This document shows, one piece after another, positions 13,358-23,379 of a stretch of DNA of 64,000 bases (position 1 is its first letter; every line of letters begins with the position of its first letter). The position numbers and the translations under genes are program-made. The stretch is from Veleropilina oligotropha (taxonomy: Eukaryota), in assembly GCA_048128005.1 (NCBI GenBank), contig JBEUKZ010000097.1, positions 124,001-188,000 of the forward strand, in the 5' to 3' direction. The notes under the pieces were generated by a model. That model ran no database searches. It saw only the letters and a list, made by a program, of their open reading frames with translations, and was not told the origin of the DNA.

Positions 13358-16300
13358 ATGGATGAACTGTGGAATTTAGCGAAAGCTTACGGGCTCCCCG
13401 CTCGGTCGAAGCTCAAGAAGAACGACCTCATCCGGGCAATAGCCGGGGTCCGTGCTGCGGAGTTTCGGAGGAGACTCGAGTGGGCGATGAAAACGGGAAG
13501 GTTCCCCTCCATACGTGGAGATGTGGAGAACCCCCACAAAAGAGGCCGACGTGCTCGCGAGTTGCGGCAGATTAAGGACGAGGTCGACGCCGCCCTGCAG
13601 GCTCGTAAATACGAAATCCGAGCTGAGAAAACGCCCGGGATTCGACAGAAGCCACTTCGTGCCATCACCGATCGAATCGTCAAGCCACACCTGCGCGGTC
13701 TGACTAGGTCTCGGAAAGAGACCCTTGCCCAGGCAATTGCTCGGAAGGGGCCCGATCTTCTCATCTCCAAAAAGCCCCGGACAGCCCAGGACTACCAGAA
13801 GGATCTTCTAGGGCTGCTTACCACACCAGAGGGGCAACCATTCATCGACCTGGATGACCAGGCCCCTCCCCCCGTAAAGCTCCCAGCAAAAGAGCCATGG
13901 GTGGAACTCTTGAACAACGCCAAAGACGAGTTTGAGGTCGATGGCGCCGCGGCGGCCTTCTCCACATGGAGGGTCGAGGTGGCTGGACAGCTGGCCCTGG
14001 ATGCCCGTATGACAGATGCGAGGGCGGTACAGCTCCTCACAGCCCTTCCAAAAGGCGAGTATGTCCTTAGAATCAAGTTCTTGCGTGAGTGGGGTCAAGG
14101 CGACTGGGTGGTCGAAGACAAGTTTGACCCGGTGAAGGCTGCGAGAAAGAAGGGCCAGGGTGGCTTTGAGATCTCTCAGGACACTAAGCCGGGTGCTATC
14201 ACTGGGGTCGACAAAGTCTACTACGAGAACGCCTACCCAGTCACTGCAGTCGTCTACGGCCTCTACTATCTCAGAGAACCAAATCCCGCTAATCTGGTTC
14301 CGATGAAGAACGGCGACCTCAACTGCGTTGCCCAAAGAGTGATTGAGCACTTTGAAGGTGCCCTGCGAGGAAACGGACTCACCCCGACAAGGCGGCAGAA
14401 AATACAGGAGTGGGAAGAGCGAGTTCATGTAACAGGCGCCACTGTGGATGATATATCCATCCTCGAGAGGATACTGAAGCGGGCGATCATACTGAGAGAT
14501 ATTGCCGGCGAGGACATCTACAGCAGTGGGAAGTACCAGGGCTGGCATAGACCAGTAGAACTCATCTGTCACAACGGCCACGCATGGTCCAAGGACCTAC
14601 ACTTTCCGCAGTCTCGCGATGTCCACCTGTATGAGGGCGATGTTTGGGAAGCTATCCGACAAGCCACACATAATGAGCCATTAGCTGTCTGGCTTCTTGG
14701 CGGTACAGACCGACAGCTTAACGTGGACCAGTTCGTGCTTCAAGATGGCCGCACGTACAGGACGAAAGATGATCACGAGAGACTCCAGGAAGCCTGTACA
14801 GCGCTGGGGAATGAGTCTCTTGCCGATCGAGCCTTTGGTGTGAACCATGCAGCTAGCATTATGGCCAAGGAGACCAACGGCTGGAAACCCACCCCGGCGA
14901 GCCTGCTCGATGACATCCAGAAGGCCTGTGTAGAGCATGGCCACGGCGGTCTCTGGAATTCCATGAATTACGACACGGGCGATGTCTGCTGCATCGATAT
15001 GAAAGCCTGCTACCCTGCCAGCTTTCTGGGGCAGGGCGAGGCCAAGCCATACTTCGAAAGATTCGGACACCCAACCCACAGCATGACGCGGGTCGCAATT
15101 AATGGTCCTCTTCCCCAATAAATCGGTACTGGGTTTGCTGAGGTCGTGGAATGGGAGTTCGCACAAGACATCCACCCCGTCATTCCCGCATGGTTCGGAA
15201 AGCACTTTGCAGAAATGAGCTGGGCACCCACTGCGCTGCTCGCCTTCCTCATAGAATCTGGAATGCTAAAAAGCCTCAAGATCCGAGAAGCCATCATCAC
15301 ATTCAGAAAGCAACTCGAGGTCTGGCTTCCCGAGAACCGTGACCAGGGCTGCAGCATTATCGGCAAATTCACCCAAGGCACCAAGGCAGACGGAAAGCGA
15401 TTGACTCGAAGACTGGTGATTGACCAGGGTGAGCTGGACTTCCTAGTAAGAGACACCCGCCAAAGCGGTAGCCTGGTCGGCGCACCTCAAAGGTGCCCTA
15501 TGGGGCACATCCTCACATACTATGATGGCTCCCAGCCTCAGTACGCCCACCTGAGGGCCTCGATGCTGGCCTATGCCCACATAAACCTCCTATCAATGCT
15601 TCAGCGTTTCACCCCTGACGAGGCTGTCCGAGTAGCCACTGACAGCATCTACCTCAAGAAGGCCTCGTTGGAGAAGCTCGACGATGTCACGGTGTACGTT
15701 TCCCCCGACTCTGCGACTGTGGCGGGAAATCGTGCATCTCATGTCTGATCGCGGAGCCGTACCTTCCGCCAGTAGCACCGGCCCAGTGGCGTGACAAGGG
15801 CGAACAGCTGTACATGCCACAGGAACATGCCGCATACCTGCCCAAGCCAGAGTATCGTTGTGCCGCAAAGGACGTGCCACCAAGCACCGCGCCATGCTAC
15901 AATGACACACTGACCCACCATCGCCTGAGTTACCTCAACGGTGGAGGGGGCTGTGGTAAGACCACGAGAGCGATCGAGCTCTTTCGGGTGAGAAACCCCA
16001 TCGTGTTCACGCCAACCCACCGCCTCGCTAAAGAAATGCGGACCAGGGGTGTCAAAGCCCAGACCTACCACAGCTTCTTCCGATGGAGCGGCCAGACTGA
16101 CTGGACGCCTGATCGCATGGGTCAGAAGTTCATCCCCCGCGTCATTATCTGGGACGAGGTCTGTACTGTTCCCCGGGCTATCCTCGAGATGTTCTTGGAC
16201 TGGCTGGGCCAGCACGAAGTTCATGTCGTCTGCTGTGGCGATCAAGGCCAGCCACCACCGATTACAGGGGAGATGCCGCACGATTGGCTGCGAAAGACCG

Positions 16301-17202
16301 CGGACTACTATGAAGAGATCGAAGTAGACTACAGGGCGAAAGACGACCCTGCCCTCCAAGCCCTGAAAAGACGGATACGTCTCCAACCCGACAAAGTCCA
16401 GTGCGGCGAGATGCGTAGGACTCTCCCCAGCTGCCTTGGGTGGGACCGGTTCGTCAACACCTGGAGGCCAGGCGACCTAATCCTCACCAGCCGTCAGAAG
16501 GTCCGCGAATGGGCTCAACAGCTGTTGCTCCAGAGGCACAAGGAGCACTTCACAGACTCCCCGGTTCCTATCCTGTACCACCCCAGAGACACCCGTAAGC
16601 AAAACATCATGGTAACCATTCCGGGCACCAACGACAGAGAGGAGCTAGTTCTGAACGACGTCGTAGAGGTCACCATTGACGCCGCTGAGCGGGTTATCCT
16701 GACCCCGGATTGGCGCCTGGGCTATGCTCTCACCATCCATTCGAGCCAGGGTCTTACGATTCACGACCCACAGAAAGTCTGGATCATCGACGACTACCTT
16801 CAGTGGAGTAATCTCGCCTACCTAGCCGTGTCCCGGGTGGAGCATCTGCATCAGCTCGAACGGGTAACCTGTCCTCCGGATGAGGGTGCTGAGGACAGGC
16901 CGCCCCAAACCGAGCAGCAGGTTCGAAAGACCATCCAGAAAAAGCTTGTGGCATACAAGCGCCAGGACCAGGCCAAGGGTCTCCCGGGATTTAACCTCAA
17001 GGTCGATAACATCCTGCAGCTCAAAGACGCCCAAAACAACCGCTGCGCAGCATGCAACATAGAGCTGCTCTGGGCCTACCAGCCCAAAGACACACAGCAG
17101 TTCAGTGTCGACCGTGTGGACAACAGCAGGGGCCACACCCGCGACAACGTGCGCTTAACATGTCTGGAATGTAACCGAAAACGAGGGAGCAGCAGCTGCT
17201 AA
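13358..17202 (+). pseudogene. Replicase fusion (~1,281 aa reconstructed): HEH/Rho-N, OTU-like, family B polymerase, SF1B helicase, HNH; one in-frame stop (15119-15121) and one frameshift (~15702-15706)
   Basis: PolB-like HGG, IDMKACYP, SIIGKF, VATDSIY; helicase GGGGCGKTT, TPTH, IIWDEV, CGDQGQ, YALTIHSSQGLT, YLAVSR; CAAC...SVDRVDNSRGHTRDNVRLTCLECN. ORFs 13358 and 15146 share a frame; the 15814 frame is open back past 15700. Confidence 0.85.
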
Positions 17203-18183
17203 TGCCCGAGAACCGGCGGCAGCTGGGTATCACGAGGCACCACGAGAAGTTCCTCTCGAACAAACCCACGCGGTGGTCCATCGAGCAAGTAGTAGAGCAC
17301 AGGCTCGTCAGGCTTCGTGACAGAGCGTCCAAGCCGGTGAACCGTCAAAGACCACACCGGGTCAGTAGCACGGTGGCGACCACCCTCCAGCTCACCATCG
17401 TAGTAAAGGTAACGAACATCTACATCAGAGGGGAGTTTCAGTTCCTTCCCCTGTCGGTCTGGAACAGTGGCGCCTGGCTTTTGGGCAACTCGAGGTGCCT
17501 TAATGGCATCCTTTGGCTTTTTACCGGTGAGGCGGGTCACTTCCCCATTCAAGGCCGCAACTACGGCCGGTAACCGGGCGACCCACTCAGTTGACCTTTG
17601 ACCCTCTTTCGCAGACTCTGCAAACCGCATCTCTGTTGCATACTGGTGCCCGAAGAGCCGCTCAGCGAGCGTCCGGTTGAAGCGCTCCACAATGCCCTGA
17701 TCGCGATGGATATCCACACGGCCACGCCTAACCTCGACGTTATTCTTTGCCAGCAGCTGGGAAACCGTACCCATAAACTCTCGCCCTGGATCAACCTGAA
17801 GCAGTTTCGGCCAGCTAAGAGGACTCCGCCTGTAGATTCGAGATAGAGCTTCTGCAACCCCTCTGGCCTCTTTTGTGGCCAATGGCTCAGCTTCTTTAAA
17901 GCGACTGGCCACATCAACCACAGTCAAAGCGTACTTATACGTTGTCGTGGGGGAGAAACAGGAGATCGGCTTGGTGAACCTCGTTCGGCGTCGTAACGTC
18001 AAACCGTGGTCTTGGAATCCGCCGTGGCGCAGGTAAATAGATCTGCCATATAGCCTGCCTCTTAAGCCATGTCCGGGCCTCCACTTCAGACGCCTTGGCA
18101 GCCTCAGCTAGTTTCTTTATCGCGGCAATGCCTTTCCAGTAGCCCTTAGGGCTGTAGTATATCCTCGCAAGCTTACTATCCAT
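17199..18183 (-). pseudogene. Retroviral-type (rve) DDE integrase, frameshifted near 17940
   Basis: HQADLLFL (D1) in ORF 17935-18189; YALTVVDVASRF, LQVDPGREF (D2) and QGIVERFNRTL (E) in ORF 17199-18002. Confidence 0.92.
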
Positions 18184-18406
18184 CAGCAATGTATTCCAGT
18201 AAACTGATCAGTCTCCAACAGGCTTCAGCTTCCGGAGCCGGTCGCTGCGCAGTCGTCGCCCGTAGGTTGGTCGGGCCCGAGAGCACCAGGACCGCGAACC
18301 GCACCATAGTCTTTTCGTCGCGGTGCCAGCAGTCGAGTGACGTAGTACCAAGGCCCACCCCGCTGACCGCAAGCATGGCGCAGTACAGCTCTTCTGGGAG
18401 CCCCAT
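18176..18406 (-). CDS. Hypothetical viral protein (76 aa)
   Basis: Fills the intergenic gap; its last codons overlap the integrase ATG. Confidence 0.45.
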   Translation of the reverse strand: MGLPEELYCAMLAVSGVGLGTTSLDCWHRDEKTMVRFAVLVLSGPTNLRATTAQRPAPEAEACWRLISLLEYIADG

Positions 18407-18448
18407 TATTATACATGCCCACGAAAAAAATGTTCACTATAGAAATAA

Positions 18449-18880
18449 TTAGGCGAGCTTGTAGGCTACCAACTCGGTCGCAGCCATCCCGAGGATGATG
18501 AAGGTGATCTCACGTCCCTTTTGGTCATCGCTCGGCGTGTAGTAGTCGGACAGCTGGGGCTCAGGGCCACCTCCCATGGCGGTGGGGTCAAGGTTCTTGC
18601 CGGTGATCAATGCATACTCACGGATAGCGGCGTCAACATCTCGGAATGTCCCAACAGCGTGACCCTGGCAGCGAAGTTCAACGTTCAGCCAGTCGAGACG
18701 CTCTGCCCTCTTTTGGGACCATTTAGTCTGAGCGGCGTTGAGCTGCTCTACGGCTATGTCATGACGTTTACGCTCCGCATCAACACCGGAGCTGCGTAGC
18801 TTCGAGAAGAGGAAGTTGGAGCCGCTGAAGGCGAGGGCGTTGACGAGAGCGCCCCCAACCAGCATCGCAATGGAAGCCAT
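18449..18880 (-). CDS. Viral membrane-associated protein (143 aa)
   Basis: N-terminal MASIAMLVGGALVNALAFSGSNFLFSKL hydrophobic helix, helical charged centre, hydrophobic C-terminus. Confidence 0.75.
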   Translation of the reverse strand: MASIAMLVGGALVNALAFSGSNFLFSKLRSSGVDAERKRHDIAVEQLNAAQTKWSQKRAERLDWLNVELRCQGHAVGTFRDVDAAIREYALITGKNLDPTAMGGGPEPQLSDYYTPSDDQKGREITFIILGMAATELVAYKLA

Positions 18881-18911
18881 TGAAATGCTGCGATTATCTA
18901 GCAAGGTCCCA

Positions 18912-19454
18912 CTACTTCAAAACGTCGGCCGGAATGATGGTTGGGGTGGGCGGGGGCTGCCTGGCGTCCGCGACTGGTGGCTGTTGATGTGGTGTGGATG
19001 GACCAGGGTTGCTGCGTCTCCAGACAACAAATACCAATGCAACCGTACCGGCAGCAACGGCTACCTGGGTCCAATTAAATTTTGGGTCCGATTTCCGTGT
19101 AGCTGACTTTTCGACTGCGGTCACCTCGGCCGGGGTATTACCACTGTGTTTTTGTTGTTGGGGCTGTGCCTCCGGTAGGTCTGAAGGAACTTCGCTGACG
19201 GATACTTGTCGAGCGTCTTCTTTGAGTCTTCTAACGTCAGCAAGGAGCCTCTCCTGCTTGACTTTCCGAGCAGCAGCACCGGCCCGACCTGCTGCGACCT
19301 TCTTAGGGTCCTTTTTACTCACTGATGAGTCTGTCGAAGAAGTCACCCTCTCTATCGGCGGGCTCTCGATCGGCTGGCTCTCGATCATTTGGTCCACTTC
19401 CGGCGTTGTCATCTCGCTCTCGCTCTGATATTTTAGGCGGGCAAACATGTCCAA
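18912..19454 (-). CDS. Viral protein with basic motif and TM helix (start may be 19412)
   Basis: KKDPKKVAAGRAGAAARK; WTQVAVAAGTVALVFVVWRR; Pro-rich tail. Confidence 0.7.
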   Translation of the reverse strand: MDMFARLKYQSESEMTTPEVDQMIESQPIESPPIERVTSSTDSSVSKKDPKKVAAGRAGAAARKVKQERLLADVRRLKEDARQVSVSEVPSDLPEAQPQQQKHSGNTPAEVTAVEKSATRKSDPKFNWTQVAVAAGTVALVFVVWRRSNPGPSTPHQQPPVADARQPPPTPTIIPADVLK

Positions 19455-20076
19455 ATTGGCAGTGCTTCGCAGTGGTCAACACGGCGGTCAGCGGCGCTAG
19501 CCACATGCCATACTTATAATACAGCTCACAGCTTGCACCGCGGAGAGCATGGGCGATGAAAGGATCGGCCTCGAGGTCAGCGACCAGACGTGGTTGGTTC
19601 TCCGGCGGAATGGGCAAGAACATCCCAGCTGCACCCGCATACAGCTGTATAGCGGCAGTCCCCAGGGTCTTCGTCATGTCAGCACCTAGCTTCGCTTCAT
19701 ACCGTGCGTGGTGTTTCTCAACCTCGTCGTCAGTCATATCGTCGATTCGGTCAACCGTGAGGTTTCTCCCCAAGTATTTGCTGGCATCCCCTCCGATGGC
19801 TAACGCGGCAAGCCTCTCCCGTTTCTTTGCCATCCCTATGGAGCCACTGACAGGTTCCTCGTGCTGCGAGCAGCGTTTGGTTGTCGAGCCATGGCCGCCC
19901 ACGGTCATTTCTTCCTCGTCGTCCATGAGTTGATCGATAAGGCTGTCCATCCTTAAGCGTTTCCAACATCTCCTCGCCAGTCTAATATAGCGATAATGCC
20001 AATACCACAACGTTACGAGTAGCAACAATACCAGGCTCTGGCTGCAAGCAAAAGCTAGATATACAGCGTCCGACAT
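19315..20076 (-). CDS. Hypothetical viral protein (253 aa; N-terminal TM, alternative start MDSLID)
   Basis: Long ORF in the co-oriented cluster; LVLLLLVTLWYW segment. Confidence 0.7.
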   Translation of the reverse strand: MSDAVYLAFACSQSLVLLLLVTLWYWHYRYIRLARRCWKRLRMDSLIDQLMDDEEEMTVGGHGSTTKRCSQHEEPVSGSIGMAKKRERLAALAIGGDASKYLGRNLTVDRIDDMTDDEVEKHHARYEAKLGADMTKTLGTAAIQLYAGAAGMFLPIPPENQPRLVADLEADPFIAHALRGASCELYYKYGMWLAPLTAVLTTAKHCQFGHVCPPKISERERDDNAGSGPNDREPADREPADREGDFFDRLISE

Positions 20077-20117
20077 GCGAGAGCTTGCTGGGCAGATGCT
20101 CAGTAGACTACAGCTTG

Positions 20118-20753
20118 CTAAAGCACACTATAAGCAACGGGCTGATCAGTTTTCAACAGAAGCTTAGCGTGTCGGGTCTCGGCCAACAGCCGGCGCACCG
20201 CGGTCCGTTCATCCTGTGACTGAATGACATCGTTCTCACGAAGGCAGTCTTCATAACTGTCGCGGTCCTTGCAGTGAAACAAAACGACAAAGCGGGTCTG
20301 CTCCCGAAACTCCTTCAGGATCGAGTTGTACTTCTGCGTCACCACCCACACACTCTGAGCGGCGTGCCTCCCGCTAAAAGCCAGCTCAGTCAGCATATCC
20401 CTCCTCTTGGCTAGGGCCTTGCTGGCGGCGCAGTCGTCGATGATGTATAGGGTTGATTCTCCCTGGAACAGTCGGTAGAACCCCCGCAACCAATCATGGA
20501 GCCGCTCACCGGGGGGGATCAAGTACACCTCAGGGTCGGTCCAGATCCATGGGCATGACTGGTATGCCTGATTGAACTTGATCGTTGGGCACAGAATGAC
20601 GATGTGCTTGAACACTCCTAAGTACTCCCCCTCGAGAAGTTCAAGTATAAACAAGGTCTTCCCGCAGCCGGTCTGGCCGCAGATGATCGCGGAGTGGGGG
20701 TCCTTGGGGTGGGGGAACCGTCTACTAGTACAGCGCGGTGACAAATCGGCCAT
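20118..20753 (-). CDS. A32/FtsK-HerA family packaging ATPase
   Basis: Walker A GQTGCGKT, Walker B LYIIDD, arginine finger GRH, VVTQ. Confidence 0.93.
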   Translation of the reverse strand: MADLSPRCTSRRFPHPKDPHSAIICGQTGCGKTLFILELLEGEYLGVFKHIVILCPTIKFNQAYQSCPWIWTDPEVYLIPPGERLHDWLRGFYRLFQGESTLYIIDDCAASKALAKRRDMLTELAFSGRHAAQSVWVVTQKYNSILKEFREQTRFVVLFHCKDRDSYEDCLRENDVIQSQDERTAVRRLLAETRHAKLLLKTDQPVAYSVL

Positions 20754-22029
20754 TTTCAATATGCAGCTGCGCGTCCATTATCACGAACATGTAGACGTTC
20801 AACGGGCCGGCGGCTTCGCCTGTCTTCGTGATCTGAATCGTAATGCCCTCGCTGGCGTTATCTACTTTCCGGCCTGACCCATGCAGCTCGTCGTCGTCGG
20901 TAACTCTGAGGTCGATCCAGAGTGCGAACTTTTTCGTCAGAAACTCGCCCAGGGTGACGTCCGCCAGCGCCAAGTCCTTGGCAACCATCGCGACCTCAGG
21001 ATGGCGTTTGCTGATCGGAGAGGAGGCGAAGAATCTCCTGGCTTCGTCCCACATCTGGTAGGAACGCATGCCCTGGCTGTACAGTTGATTCGGCACACCC
21101 TCAATAGTGACCTCGACCTTTGTGATCTTCGGATTGTAGAAGGCCTCGGTGTCCCTCGCGAATGGTACGGCGTCTCTCGCGGGATCCTCAAACAGAAATA
21201 GGATACCCTTCATGGATTTCGCCGGTACATTCAAATTTAAATTCCACAAAGTGTCACTCTTGTCTCTCGTAATCTTACGATGCCGCAGGACATGATCGTA
21301 CAGGATCACGAGGCGGCCCGAGTATTGGTTTTTTATCGATCTGGCAAGCTCAAGATTAGTGACCATGTCGTATTCCAGGCTGATATTGTCGATGACGTAG
21401 CTGGAGCTGGGGTCATCGGTGTCCCTGATTGTCCGGGAGTAGTCGTTGAACGTAAGCTCGTACTCAAGACGGTCCCCCAACGCACTTTGGTAGAACGGCA
21501 TGTGGCTCTCCAGCAACTCGAAGTCCAGCGGGATGCGAAACCTTGGGCCGTACGCGTCCGATATAGCTGTGTCCTCAGAACGTCTGAATGCGCCCTCAGC
21601 GCCGACACGGTTCTTCGTAGTGTTGTGGCTGTCGCTGGTATCAATACCCTGATATTGGGCATTCTTGCGCTCCCCTGCGGTCTTCCAGAGATCGCAGTAG
21701 CAGTGGTACACATCGGAGTCATCTATAGACATGACTTCGTTCCCACTAATCTTAATCGTGGTCTTTTTGATCACGGCGCGTCCGATATTCTGAACTACAG
21801 TTCTGTTCGGGTTAGCCGAGGTCAGAGAAATGGTAAATGCGAGGTGGGCCGTCCCTGGCACGATTACGTCGTGAGTCCCGAGATTCGGGAACCGAACCAA
21901 CAGCTGCTGGTTCGCAGCAATAGTGGATGGGTTGTTCGTTATCGTGACCGACTGGCGGACCCCTTTCACCCCAAGAGGCTCTCGAAGTCTGCGGTATGGA
22001 TTCAACGTGCGTCCATACGTGCTGGCCAT
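20725..22029 (-). CDS. Major capsid protein candidate (double jelly roll, 434 aa)
   Basis: Size, beta-strand-rich pattern (LAFTISL, FRIPLDF, LEYELTF, ISLEYD, ITIQI, VYMFVI), position next to the ATPase; intact. Confidence 0.78.
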   Translation of the reverse strand: MASTYGRTLNPYRRLREPLGVKGVRQSVTITNNPSTIAANQQLLVRFPNLGTHDVIVPGTAHLAFTISLTSANPNRTVVQNIGRAVIKKTTIKISGNEVMSIDDSDVYHCYCDLWKTAGERKNAQYQGIDTSDSHNTTKNRVGAEGAFRRSEDTAISDAYGPRFRIPLDFELLESHMPFYQSALGDRLEYELTFNDYSRTIRDTDDPSSSYVIDNISLEYDMVTNLELARSIKNQYSGRLVILYDHVLRHRKITRDKSDTLWNLNLNVPAKSMKGILFLFEDPARDAVPFARDTEAFYNPKITKVEVTIEGVPNQLYSQGMRSYQMWDEARRFFASSPISKRHPEVAMVAKDLALADVTLGEFLTKKFALWIDLRVTDDDELHGSGRKVDNASEGITIQITKTGEAAGPLNVYMFVIMDAQLHIENGRFVTALY

Positions 22030-22041
22030 GTTGTTGTCGCT

Positions 22042-23379
22042 ATGGCTGATTTAGATGCGTATCCCAGCTTGAGTATTCAAATGGTGGAATTTGAGAACCC
22101 CACATTCGAGCCCGACATCGTCGACGATGATGGTGAGGTTGGATCCACGGACTGGATTGAGCCTGTTCTTTCGGAACGGCCACAGGAAGGAACCAGCAGT
22201 CAGCGGCAAGAGTTAGTGAAGGACGCGGTTGATGGCTACTACGAAGCCCTGTTGGAGGAGGGGCAGACCCCGCCCCCATGGCGTGATTATTCCCAGTTCG
22301 AGTACGTGGAGGAGGAGGGATTGCGGCTGAAGAAATATCCAAACATCGATCTCATCAATTCTAGAACGAAAAAACCCAATGCTTTGTCAACACTAGCTAA
22401 CCGGAGGGGTGGGGGTAAAGCGATCAGAAAGGGGTTGGGTTTTGAACACTGGACGCGGCCAGAGAAGCGGGGGAAAGGGGGACAAAAGCTGTCCTCAAAA
22501 GCGGTTGCAGCTCTGCAGACAGCCAACAATGAGTTGAGCGGTGCGGCGGCCAATGTCGAAAACGTAGAACTGCAGGACTTGGGGCAGACCGCGACAATGG
22601 CCTCAGCAGTGATCCACAACATGGAGACGGAGTTCACCGACGCCGAGGTTGAAGAGTTCTTGAACTCTGTGGAGGGGGACCCCCCTCCATTCAATCTTCG
22701 TGAGCTTCGTGGGCTGGACAAGGCGATGCAGACCATTCGAGGCGAGCTCACTAACAACTTAGCCAAACTAACGGCGCTGGATGAACACATAGAGCTGGAG
22801 AAGAGCAAGCTCGATCAGGCAGATGAAGAGGGCAGTGTGGAAGATTTTGTACGTCGACGGATTGTGGAACGTCTGCGCAACTTAAACGATGAACGAGCAG
22901 CTCGCCTCGAGGCAGCCGGATCCAGCCGGGAGGCCCTACGCTCTCAAATCAGCCGGATCCGAGAGATGCTAGATCGGATTCTCCACTCTGACACAACGCT
23001 GGCCGAGCGTATTCGGACCCTCTTCCGAGAGCAAGGGGTTACGATCGCAACCATACTGACCGCTATTGGGTTGGCCATCTCGACTTTGGTACTAGCCCTG
23101 ACAGGCGGAGCGCCGAGCATCGCACCAACACCACCACCTCCCAGTGGTCAGGGGGGGGTCAAGGAGTGGGTCAAAAAGCAGCTGCAGAACCTGGGACGGA
23201 TTCTAGGCAAACTAGCGGGGAAGGCCGCAGCCGCGCTCCCCGGAATACTTGGAAGCCTGATTTCCTGGCTAATCAATCTGGTTGGCAAGACTGCGTCGTG
23301 GCTCGCCGAGAATCTGTGGGCTGTGATTATATCTGTTGGGGGCTTGCTTCTTATTGCCGCTAGACAGTGGGTCACGTAA
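22042..23379 (+). CDS. Coiled-coil protein with C-terminal hydrophobic/TM segments (445 aa)
   Basis: ATG 22042; heptads LRGLDKAMQTIRGELTNNLAKLTALDEHIELEK; GVTIATILTAIGLAISTLVLAL; LWAVIISVGGLLLIAA. Confidence 0.8.
   Translation: MADLDAYPSLSIQMVEFENPTFEPDIVDDDGEVGSTDWIEPVLSERPQEGTSSQRQELVKDAVDGYYEALLEEGQTPPPWRDYSQFEYVEEEGLRLKKYPNIDLINSRTKKPNALSTLANRRGGGKAIRKGLGFEHWTRPEKRGKGGQKLSSKAVAALQTANNELSGAAANVENVELQDLGQTATMASAVIHNMETEFTDAEVEEFLNSVEGDPPPFNLRELRGLDKAMQTIRGELTNNLAKLTALDEHIELEKSKLDQADEEGSVEDFVRRRIVERLRNLNDERAARLEAAGSSREALRSQISRIREMLDRILHSDTTLAERIRTLFREQGVTIATILTAIGLAISTLVLALTGGAPSIAPTPPPPSGQGGVKEWVKKQLQNLGRILGKLAGKAAAALPGILGSLISWLINLVGKTASWLAENLWAVIISVGGLLLIAARQWVT

Noticed and set aside
15695..15710. 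Programmed -1 frameshift between polymerase and helicase
   Set aside because: TTTCCCC is not in the X XXY YYZ phase; a one-base loss in the C-run is simpler
15940..16860. Helitron RepHel gene
   Set aside because: No HUH Rep motifs; the helicase follows PolB motifs within a TIR-bounded element
13376..17136. Many minus-strand ORFs opposite the replicase
   Set aside because: Shadow ORFs in GC-rich coding DNA with no motifs
21280..22041. 254-codon N-terminal extension of the 699-aa ORF
   Set aside because: Exactly in-register antisense to the MCP, a common shadow frame; ATG 22042 just outside the MCP is the more plausible start
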